From contig MQRK01207513.1 of assembly GCA_001938485.1 (NCBI GenBank), positions 4,162 to 66,050 on the forward strand: a stretch of 61,889 nucleotides of DNA. The letters are read 5' to 3'. This DNA is from Girardia tigrina (lineage: Eukaryota). Shown here piece by piece: positions 26,901-39,600 of the stretch. The notes beneath the pieces are model-generated. The model was not told the DNA's origin, searched no databases, and worked only from the letters and a program-made list of their open reading frames with translations. A program made the translations under genes and the position numbers. How positions within the stretch are numbered: the stretch's first letter is position 1; each line of letters starts with the position of its first letter.

Positions 26901-29900
26901 TCCCTCCAATCTTCGACAACATCGAGATGTGGTTCAAGCAAATCGATTCGATATTCAAAATCTCTTGTATTTCTGCAGAGCAAACAAAGTTTTTGCATCT
27001 CACAGCAAATCTGCCTCCTCAAATATTGACGGAATTTTTTACATTTACATTTTTTTACAATTTACATGTTACATGTTAAATTTATATCTTAAATGAAATA
27101 TTTAACATGAAAAAATATAAATAATTATTTGTTTAAATAATATCTATTTTAAAAGTATTGTTAGTGAAAAATAAATTTTAATAGATTTATGATTCGTTGT
27201 TACAAGCTATCCGGGCAATGATAAGCGATTTAAAAATTATACTCGATCATTTGGAGAAATTTAATGGAAACGGCAGTTTTGAAATTTGGAAGAAAAAGTT
27301 CAGGATGATTATGAAAATCCAGGGGATTTTGGATCCGGCCCCATATCTTCCTTTTTTGTTGACTGATGTTCCTTTAAATATATACATGGAATTGGATGAA
27401 AAGAAACAGAGCAACTGTGAAGAANNNNNNNNNNNNNNNNACAATTCATTCGGATTAACCAGACGATCTGCGTACAGCCAACTGATTAATTTGAAATATT
27501 ACGAAGGACAAACTATTGACGATTACGTTTCTCAAGTAAAGATGTTGGCATCAAAAATCGTAGATCTGACCAAGGCGGCCTTTATGGCTGGATTGCCGTT
27601 CGAGTTGCAATTGAATTTAGAGCAGTCGGAGATCAAGATTTAACCGAAATGGTTGAATATAGTCGTAGGTATTTAGGAATTAAAAAATGCGTCACACAAA
27701 GTTCAATGTCAGTGGTACAAAACGTTGGTGATGGAAAGATCGTNNNNNNNNNNNNNNNNNNNNNNNNNNNNNNNNNNNNNNNNNNNNNNNNNNATGGTTG
27801 AATATAGTCGTAGGTATTTAGGAATTAAAAAATGCGTCACACAAAGTTCAATGTCAGTGGTACAAAACGTTGGTGATGGAAAGATCGTTTCTAAAGAACG
27901 AGGTGAGGTCAGTGGCGATAGAAGGAGTTCCTTTACAAAACCCCGTGTGCCACATGGCGGAAATCTGGTACAAACAAGGGTAAACCGTAATGAAAATTCT
28001 CAGCGGCAATCTAATGGACAAATAATTTGCTATTAATGTAAGCAAGTTGGACATATTGCAAAATATTGCAAGTCGGGAAACGGACAGGTGAGTTTGTAGG
28101 CGCCGGCTCTCTCCCTCTGACATTTCCGGCGCTGCCAACCATGACTGTCATTGTTAACAACAAGTCGGTTACAGCGTTAATAGATTCAGGTTGCTCAAAA
28201 ACTGTTGTTTTGAAAGGGTTGATCAAGGGAAGCTCGTTACAGTCAAATGAGCAAAGAATTGTTTTGGCTAATGGCGATGATATATGTGTGGGGATTAATG
28301 ATGTGGAATTGACTATAAACAATAGAACTATGAAAGTAGAATGTTCTGTCATGAAATACTTACCCTATGATTTGGGAATTTTAATTGGTATGGATGTTAT
28401 ATGTGAACTTGGGGGTGTGAAAATTAATAAGGGTGTTATCGAATTTGGTGTGTGTGTAGGAGAAGGACAAAAGAAGGCTGGTGACAATATGAGTTGTATC
28501 TCGGGTGTTGTGCCAAGAGTTAGCCTGAACAAACACAATTATGAGATTGAATTTAAGGATAATTGGACAGTTAAATGGAAGTGGAAAGATGAAGCGCCTA
28601 TTTATCTACCAATTCGACATTCGACCTTTAAGAATGACAAATCGAAAGACATAGCCATAATGAAAATCCTTGAGGAGTTGATGAAGAAGGGTTATTTAAT
28701 CGATTATGACGAGAAGGAAATGGGTAAATCGATAGGATCTATACCAATATTTGGAATATTGCAAGTTAAAAAATCCAAGAAAAGACCGATCTTTGATTTT
28801 AGGAAATTGAACAATTATGTAGACGTGTACAGTGGCTCAGCAGATATATGTTTGGAAAAGCTTCGTACCTGGCGGCGAAAAGGATCAAGATTTTTCATGC
28901 TTGATTTATCAGAGGCGTATATTCAGATTCGCGTTCACAAGGAAATGTGGCGTTATCAATCGCCACATTCGAGTATGCTACGATGACATTCCGCCTACGA
29001 AACGCAGCTCAAATGATTCAACGCCACATGGATTCATTCCATGGATGTCAATATTTCACGTGTTCCTATATTGATGATATAATTATCTTTTCAGACAATG
29101 CAGAAGACCACGAGAAACACTTGTCCACAGTACTGAATCTACTAGCTGAGGCCTCAATGGAGATGAATATAGAAAAGTGTAAATTTCGCACCCCATCAGT
29201 TCGGTTCGTGAGATTCAACATCTCCGCAGAAGGCGTTAAACCTATCCGAAAAAAGATTGTTAATATAATTAACATGCCAGAACCGAACAACATAAAATCT
29301 CTTAGACGATTTCTGTGTGCTGCAATTTTCTACCAGTGGATGATTCCCAACTTGTCACAAATTATGGCACCTCTGCATGCACTTCTCACGGCTTCAAAAG
29401 GAAACCAAAAGTTTGTATACAACACCTCGCAACGAGAAACTACCACTGCAATCAAACAGAAATTGAAAGTGATCACCACCATGCCGTCATTTGACGAGAG
29501 CAAATCTCTCATTCTCTGCACTGATGCTTCTGGTATTGCTGTTGGAGCAAGCCTCAACCATGAAATAAATTCCAATCTTGCACTGATCACATTTTCTTCA
29601 AGGAAATTGAACATTGCGGAGAAAAGATATTCGACGTTTGACAGAGAGCTTCTTGCGATTTACCTGGCTGTCAATAAATTCACACATTATTTAGAAGAAT
29701 CCAGTTTCAAAATATTGACCAATCACAAGCCACTCCTTTACATTCAATCAATGAAGGATCCATCGAACAGACGATTGAGATATATTGAGTTTCTCAACCA
29801 ATTCACCTTTCAAATGCAAATTATGAAAGGAACAGAAAATATTGTGGTAGATTTCCTTTCTAGAATGAAAGAGAATGATGAGAATGAGATGGAAATCCTA

Positions 29901-30579
29901 ACACTTTCAAAGAGCGATATCATAGACGAGCAGCAGAAAGAGAAGATTACATTACTCTCAGGTAATTACTTTAATATCAGAACGGAGAATGGATTGCTCA
30001 TCGACCTCACCAATTACAAGGAAAGAATAATTTTTCCGGTCAAGTTTCGCCACCGTAAATTTGGTAGACTCCACAGGATTGCACATGTCAGCGCCAACAA
30101 AACGATTAACCTGATCCGCTCCCGATACATTTGCCCTAAGATGAAGTCCGAAATACAACGATGGACAAGAGAATGTCTGAGATGCCAAGCGTACCAAATC
30201 TCACCAGACACACTAAAGCAAAGCTGAGTTCATTACCAGATAGAGAAAGATTTAATGTCGTTTACATGGATGTCGTCGGACCACTTCCAAATGTCGACGG
30301 TAAGCGATTCATTTTAACAATTATTGATAGACACACGTCCTGGCTCGAAGTAATTCCAATCCATGACATAACAGCCGCTGCCGTAACGAAAGCTTTCGTC
30401 GCCACGTGGATCAGCCGGTTCGGTTGCCCATAGATTGTAATCACCGATCAAGGGAAACAATTCCTTTCAAAACAATTTAAAGAAATTTGTCAAAAATTCG
30501 AAATCGAACACCGGCACAAAACCCCGCACCACCCGCATTTGAAAGAGTTTTTTTATTTCTTTTTTAATAATTTTAATTT

Positions 30580-30615
<36 letters not shown>

Positions 30616-33600
30616 TAATGTATAAATACATATATAAAGCATTGAAATTAGAATTCATTTTTTATTTTTAATTTCAGTAATTTTTGATGTGGAACAATGA
30701 TTTTCAATTTAATTTTTGTAAAATTAAAAGTAATGATTTTTTACTGATTGTTTAAATCGATAGATTTTGTTTATAATAAATTTTATGCAAGATTTTTATA
30801 TACCTTTAAAAAATAGTTTCATGTCAATTTTCAAAAAATGCTCTCTTTAAAGTCATAAAGTATTGCATGTTTTTGTGGGTGCACAATATTTTTAAGATAT
30901 TCTCATAGCAAAATATCACATGAGTTTTTATTCGATGGAGCGAGTTAAGTTCCGAGCGAAATTTGTTTTTTAAATCTGAATAGGTAATTGCAAAAACCAA
31001 AGTTACATGTTGTAGTGCATTGTCTTGCATAAAAACGATATTATTCAAAATATTCCGCAGTGTTAAATATGGAAGAATAAAATGTTGAAGCTAATGAAGT
31101 TAGTGATCACCTTTAACTTCCGTTATATTAATACGAATTTAACCATCCAATTCTTCAAATAAACAAGATTGAAAATAGAAGATAAAGCCGCATCATAAAG
31201 TAAATCTTAGATGAGACTCTCTTAAGAATATTGTGTAACAACTAAAAATATGCAACACTTCAGGACATGAAAGTCGGCATTTGAAAAAAATAACCACAAT
31301 CCAAGGGATTTAATGTTTTCAATTGTTGACTACTTTGAAGACCCCATCACATCACATCTACATTTGTGAACATTATTGATAAATATTTTTGAGATATCAA
31401 TAATATTAAACAAGACAATACAATAACAATAGTTTAATAAATAGAAAGGTAAGTTCGTAAAGACGTGAAAAATACTGGATCAAGGTTGAAATAGTCATTT
31501 GAAAATATAATATTCAGTTTGTTGACAAATTATAGGAATAAATCAGTCGCCATAATAATAAGTCGACTACGATAAATAAGATAATTTTGTATTTCCATAA
31601 TAATTCATAATTTATGAATTGAAATTATTATAATGACCGCTTAGCGATTTATTGATTTAATTTTAAATTCAAAACTCTAATTTTGATTGTTATATATAAT
31701 TTTTCTAGGAATGGTGGGATGAAACAAGGTTTCCAAAACCTTAGAGATTATTTTTATCTGTAGATATTCAATAATTATATTCTAGGACTTGGTGGATTCC
31801 TCACACTTGCTTAAATATTAAACCAAATAAAAAGTTATTTTAACGAAAAATCGTACTAAATTCGATAAATTTTACAATCAACTATTTTTATCACTCGTGA
31901 TATAACTGATGAACCCAGACATTAACCCTTCCCTAATCCTACCACTAACCCTAATCCGATTCTTAATCCTAACCAGTTATAATTAAAATTAAAAATGAGA
32001 TGAATCGTCCGGTAGTGAAACATCCGGACAAGAATAATTAAAAAAGCAGTTATTACAGGAATAATCTCAATGTTTGTTTAATCATGTATCGATCGTCTAT
32101 ATATTAGTATAAATTAATAAAGTTTAATGTCAAGTGTTACATTTTTCAGAGCTTGTAATAGTTCAATTAAATTTAATGAAACGTGAAAACTTAACCAATC
32201 CGTTATTCATAAAATATGTTATTAAATTAAATATTTATATCTGCCAGAAAAAAATCGTTTTTTTTACAAAAATATATTGAGGTAGTACAAAAAGTAAGTA
32301 TTTCCAAAAAGTAAGAAAAATCTGATTTTTATGTGTTTCTCCGTGCGATTATTTACATGTTTTCGTCCATCATGATTGTGAGAAGTGGTTGCAACATCAA
32401 TACCCGAATACATTTTTTTAATACCAAAATTTATTAATTTACAATTCACATATTTAAACAATTTTTTCTGTTAATTTAATTATCTCGCCACAAATTAATC
32501 TATTAAATTCTTAGTGAAAAAATAGTGAAAGAACAGAGGCATGTCGAGAGAAGAAAACTCGAAAATTGTAAATTCTATTAAATTTAAATCATCATTTATT
32601 TATTACTTGCAGAATTGCAGAAATTGACAAGCAAAGGCTTATTAGAGCCTTCAATAAGTCAGAGGATTATCTGACTTTAGCCAGACAACTGGATATTTCA
32701 GATGGTACAGCGAAAACAATAATTTACAAGTACCACAAATATGGGATATTTTCAACCGGAAAGCGGGGAGGACACAAAAAATCAATAATTAACAATGAAA
32801 TCGGGGATTTCATTATTCAATTCATTAAGGAGAAACCCCATTCCACGTTGACCGAAATGAAAAGATATGTGCAGGATAGTAAGCATATCAATATTTCGGA
32901 GTCAACGATATCCCGATTCCTGACTAGGAAGATAACAACGATAAAGAAAATCCGAGGCTCAGTTTAGGAAAGGAATTCCGATTGGGTTAAAGAGATCCGA
33001 TATCAGTACGCGAATCGGTTTCTAAAAGAAGGTTGGAGGATGAATCAATGTATATACATTGATGAAATCGGGTTTAACTTGTGGAGCGGAAGGATATCAG
33101 GACGATCGAAGAAAGGATAGTGGTGCCTACAAATAGGGGCAAAAATATGTCTCTCGTTATGACAATCTCCAAGGAAGGACCACTTTTATTCCAAGTTCAT
33201 TGTGGAAGCTTAGATCATATCAAATATCAGAGAGTCATAACTGAATTGTCTGCCAAATTACCCTGGACACCACATTATTTAATCTATGACAATTCCCGGA
33301 TCCACATAAACACGATCTCAAATCACACTATCATAAACCTTCCTTCATATTTGCCTTTGCCCAACCCCATCAAGGCGTTCTTCGCCAAACTGAAAAGAGA
33401 TATCCGAACAGAAGTCACAAACTATTCGGACATGCTTTCCATTCCTCCCAACCAAAGACAGGTCGTGTTACAACAGTTAATCGAAACTGTTGCAGCGAAA
33501 GAGGAGTATAGAGATATGCAAAATTATTTTCTAAATATTAAAGTTTTTTCCAGACTACCTCACCAAATCTGATATTTTTGGTGATTAATTAAATGTTAAT

Positions 33601-36600
33601 GATGTGTTTTATAAATAAATATATAAATTTACTTAAAAAATTAAAAAATTATGGCAACTTATTTTTAGAGACAAAAATACACCATTTATTAAATAAACAT
33701 TTATTTTTAAGGTAATTAATTTGGACGGTATAACCGTCAAGGTCTCAAGAAAAAAATGAATTTTAAATCTGCTTAAATAGGCAAGCAGATAATATATAAT
33801 ATATAATTATATAATTAATTATATATAATTATATATATATAATGTAATATATGTATAATCGTCAGGTCTTAAGAAAAAAATGAATTTTAAATCTGCTTAA
33901 ATAGGCAAGCAGTGATTATGTCATCAATGGATTGTTGTGTAATAATCACTGCTTGCCTATAAAAGCAGATTTAAAATTTACTTACTTTTTAAAAAAACAA
34001 AGCATCTTTGTTTTTTCTTTAAAGCAAAATCATTAATCACATTTTTTTATTAAATGCCGCATTTAGATTATTAAATACTTGCAACTGTATTAAATATATG
34101 TTTGGAATATTAATTATTATTTATTTAATCAATAATCAGAATTAAATAATCCGAAGATTGGAATTTTCAGTACGTTGTTTTAAAAATCGGCCAGAACATG
34201 AAATGACGTCATATAAAAATATAAATATCGCCTTGGATATTTGTAATTAATGTGTCACAACATTCACGATGTCCATCGGGATTCACGCGACAATGAGAAG
34301 AAATTACATGCGACAACAACAATTATTCGGATGTTGAAAGTTATGAAATCCTAATATATAACTTTAAAAAAAGAAGTAAAAAAATTAATTGGTAATTGCG
34401 AACAACAGAATATGAGTTGACATCATACACAAAATAATATAATTCAATTGTTCATGTTGAATGCCCAAGTATTCTGCTTCAGTTGAAGTCCACTGATTTG
34501 CTTCGCATTGGAAAAATCTACAAACCGATTTCGCCATTGTTTATCTGTGACACATCTAACCGGATCACTATTCATTTTGTTCCGGTTTTCTGGTTTAGCC
34601 GGTATTGGAAATTCGTCTCACATGGCACTCTAGCCGACGAATTTCAATCAAACTACCGGCTCCTAAACCGCTTGCAGTGCGAATACACCCGACTAATGTT
34701 TAGTAATAGACTAAAAAGGGAAATTAGTATTTGTAAAATGAATTCCATGTGACAATTTCGGCAACCAGAAAAATGCTTATTGAAATTGAATGATTTGACG
34801 ATTAATTGTATTCATAAAAATCTGATGTCAATTGTGTTATTAAAAATTATTAAAAATATTATCATACCGCCATAAGATTGTTGGTCCAGTTCTAGTAGAA
34901 CCGGGTTTATGGCGATATTAAACAATAGCATTGAGTGGACAACCCTGTCTCACTCCCACTAAAATCGGGATTTGTCCCGTCACCGTGTTGTCACATTTGT
35001 ACGCCGATGAACAATCCTTGTACAACTGTCTTATTAAGTCACATGATTCCTCTCCTACACCCATTCTGCTCAGTAGCTTCAGGATGATTTCCACCGACAC
35101 TGAACCAAAGGCATCAGCTTCGTCCAACATTGTCGCGTGGAACTCAGCTCCCACCAACTGCGAGTAATACTTGTCCAGGATCACCCTAATGAGAAAGTTG
35201 TGCTCCGCACAACCATCATGCGGTCCCAGACTTTTCTGTAATGGGTGCAGGAGTTCATTCTCCACTATCCATCGATTTAACTGGTCTCTGAGGAGTGGGG
35301 CTAAGATCTTGTACGCACACTCCAACAGAGCTAATGGTCTCCAAGAAGACACCTGATCATACTGGCCTTGCTTTCCCGGTTTTTGGAGTAGTGTTGTGAA
35401 AAACTCCCTCCAACTTTTCGGGATCACTCGGCTGTTGATCACCCTATTGTACAACTTTGTGTACATTGCCCCCACCGGGTCACAATACAACATATCTTTA
35501 TATGCAATATTAGAGTAACCCGGGGATGAGTTGTTTGCCTCTTGCGGTGCTTTCACCACCTCACCAGACAGGACCTCCCTGAATTCAAATGGATCTCCCC
35601 TCTTCACTATGAGAGTATCCACCAAATCACTAATGGGGAGGCAACCGATTTTGCACTAAAGTGCTCTATGATTGCTTCTGTCGATGGAGTAATGTCAGCA
35701 ACTGTGTTGTTCAAGATGATCTCCATTACCTTCTTTGGTCGAACCTTGTACAACTTCCTCAAACTGGGGTCCTGGTTGGTGGACTCGACAACTTTATTGC
35801 CCATGTACAGATTTCTCCGTTTAATGGGCCTGTGAGCATAAATATATAGTGTTATATCTTTCTCAAGTATATCGGGATCCAACAGTGACGATCGGACCTC
35901 AGAAAAGGTCATTGACTGTTCAACTCTCGCTGCACGACTTGCATTGAGAGCGATGTGGTTCTCTTTATGTCTCACTGTTGATGTGGTACTCGTCTTCTTT
36001 GTTCTGATGAGCTGTGCGGCAACCGGTTTCTTCAGTTTATCAACATTGATATCGGAGAGTGGTCGCCCCTCCATCAAAGCTCGAACATATCCACACACCA
36101 TCAGTCCTGTTTGTCCCGCATTTCGTACTAACTGGTGTGACTGTCCAAATACATTTATCTTCATCTCCCGTTTCGTGAGACATAAATGTTCAATGTATCG
36201 AGTAGTCACCTTCATTCTTTGCAACAAGTTTACATCCATAACCTCTGTCGTGGGATCTAGCACCGAGATGTCATGGTGTATCAGATCTGCTATAAATAGT
36301 ACGCACTTCCTGTTCTCAATCAGCACCGGCAGAAATATATAATCCTTAGCATCAAAAATATCCAGTTACCTGTTTTCTGAGGAAAGAAGCATTGCCTTTG
36401 CTGATTGCAGTCGCAACAATTGGTTTCACCGTTAAGTGTCGGTGACTTACTGTGTAGGTGCTGATAAATACCGAGAAGTGATCTGCTGTAAATGAAAGAT
36501 ACTCCTGTAGCGAATTGTCTAGGGGTGCTGGACCACTCCAATAAGTTTCGGAGCACTCTCATTGCCCGGCATCAGCTCTACAAACTCTCTTACCTGTCCA

Positions 36601-39600
36601 ACTGCCGCGACTGGATCTTCCTCCAAGACGTCCTCCACAAGTCCGGCAGAATATATACATACAAAAGGAACACAATCGTAGTCGTTTGTCTGATAAAACT
36701 CCGGAACGCACTCACTCTCAAACTCCAAGAGACCATCAAACAAAAATTTGTTGACATACCCATCGAGTGTCATTCCCATTGCCTTTGTTTCCCTCTTTAA
36801 TCCACTCTCTTCAAGGGGATCAAAGAGAAAGGCCACTCTCTCTTCAACCAAAACTGCAAACAACACCCAGTGGGCGTTTCGAACATTAAACGGGCAAAAC
36901 AAGAAGTTGCAAGCGCTCACATCTTGTTTTTCAAAGCCTATGAACTGCTTTGCTCTTGTTCTGCTGTTTAACATTGCGTTACAATCCACTGGGCTGACAT
37001 CACCTTCACTTGCTAACCCAGCGTGGTTCCTGAAGTAAAAGTCAATGTGTTCACTCGTGAACCACATTGAGTTTACTGGGGTTGTCTGTACAGGAGCCTT
37101 TACGATTACTATCTCTATGTCTTCATCCACAAGGGAGGGTGGGCAGTCTATCCCTGCTTTTGTTGATGGGATGGGCCCATCCCGTCACTTGGTGGACTTT
37201 TTCTCATCTGGTGACGGAACCTTAGCCTTCATGCCCGCCTTACCAACCGTCACAAATCCTTCCTCATCGACAATGTCCACCATCTCTACTTTCTTTCTTG
37301 CTGGAGCCGTCTTTTGCTCAACAACTGCTTTATGTGTTGTTTTACAGGCTGCCCCCCCTTCTTTTAAACCGTTGCCGGTGTTACCGGAGTAGCTTCGGTT
37401 TTGGTCGGCATTGGTGTAACACTTTTCTTCAGCTCCCCTCCTGGTATTGGAGTCATTGACAAGATATTATGCATCATTGCAACCACTCTTGGAGGGAATT
37501 TTTTAGAAGTTTCTTCGTAGATCACTCTTGTCACCTCCCTCAGGACATATCTTTTCTCTTCTTCCGGACTTTCTTCAGTTGTGACAGGAGTCACATTTGA
37601 AGATTCCATACAATCAAAAGTTGTTGGTGGAATATCTCGACTGTATGAGACTGGAGTCTTACACTCAACAATTTCAATATCTTTAAACGAGTCGTTTCCC
37701 GATTGTTCATCCTCAGAAACCGACTCGTCACTCAGTTCCACAGTTCCAAACAGCGGTTCCATCTGTGATAATCTCTGTGTAGAGTTCATCACTTCTGAGA
37801 CCGTGTCTTCTCTCTTCTGACACCAATTGGTGATATTTGATCTCCATATCACCAACGATGTTGTCAATCTTTTGCACCAGGACGTCAGGGATCCCCGCAT
37901 CCCATGCCGAGGCACCCCATCTTCCTGCAAGCTCATCCATAATTTCTTTGCAGAAATGTGTAGGATTGCAACAACTACAGAACACCTGATCCGTCATAAT
38001 ATCGACAAGGTTCGGATAGTATCTCTCTGTCTCCAATTTCTGTAAAATTGCGAGATGAACACTATTGGTTGAATCCTTACCAACTGATTTCTCACGCTGT
38101 GGGGGGGTGCTTGTTCGTGTAGCTTCCTGCTCCGTCTCACCGGCATAGGAACTAATATTGGTGAGGTTTCTCGTGTTGTTTATTTTTCCATGAAAAAGAA
38201 ATCTGTAAATTTAACGTTTCTTTTACAGATTTTTTTAAATTCGTCATCAAAAAAAATTTAATGTCAACAAATCCATAAAACTAAAAATCCTTCCAATAAA
38301 TCTCGAAAACGATTAATCAAAATAAATACTTCTTCAAATCGTTACAATTATCGTTAAAAATAATGTGATTCGAAAAGCAAAATAAGGAGCGATCGTTTGT
38401 CGAAATATATGGCAAAATGTTTTTTTTTGTATTTCAAAGAGGAAAATCATCGGGCGTTTAAGAACTTGTTTTATAAATTGAAACACGATAAAAAGAAAAT
38501 AATTCATAATTGCTATTACTGTCGCTGACATTTAAGAATATCAATGTAGACAGTTAAGAATATCATCAAAATTTATTTATGATAACATGTATCAATGAAT
38601 CGATACACACATATTTAATATTACAAAAACACACATACACACATGATATGCAGTCATCACACATACATATACACACATATACGCATATGATATAATCTGA
38701 CATTTTTGATATTCTTAAATGTCCAAATTATTGATAAATGTCTATAAAATTATGTGTGTTTGTTGTACGTGTATGTATGTATTTGAGTGTAAATTATGTA
38801 TGTTTGTATTATTTATGTATGTATGTATGTTTTCTATATTATTTGATATTGTTAAGTGTCTANNNNNNNNNNNNNTGTCTAATTTGGTAAGTGTGTCTTG
38901 TTTTTCATTGGATAATTGATTAATTCTTTGTATTTTAGATTATAGAATTATTATTAAATGTCTACATTGATATTATTAAATGTCAGCGACAGTAGCAATT
39001 TATGAATTTTAAAAAAATCAATAAAATTGATAAAAAATTAAAATTCATAATTATGAAATTTATAGTTAATTTGACATTACAATTTATCCGTTCTTCAACC
39101 ATGATTTCAGTCAGAATATTTTTACGAAGTCGTTACTAAACAAAGTCTATTCATAGTTATTGATATATAATACGATCGAAGATTATATTATCGTGACGCA
39201 GTTTATCCCAAATTTCCGACAGATCGAAGAGTTTATTTTCCTGACAGTTCGTAGTCGATTGTTGGGTAGCGACATACGGTTACAATCTTAACAATTTACG
39301 ATTATCTTTGTAAGATTATTTTTTGTTGTGTATGCTACCAAGTTGATTATTAATACCTTTTAATTGTGGTGTTGCAAATAAATCCTACGTATTCAATTTC
39401 GTAATATTATTTAATTATAGTGGTAATAAAATCCATTATAATACTAAATATCCGAAAATTGCTGATGATGATATATATAAACATCAAAACATGTCAAATA
39501 TTTATATAAAAAAAGCTTTAATCAAATTATATTTTCAAAATATTAAACTTTCGTTCACATGACTCAATATTATATATATGAACATTGTACAGTAAAATCT

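Noticed and set aside
27649-27888. Exact ~95-bp duplication within gag
   Set aside because: The copies directly flank a 50-N gap; a typical unmerged contig overlap.
31921-31975. Telomere-like CCCTAA repeats
   Set aside because: Few and degenerate; more likely part of a TE relic than an interstitial telomere.
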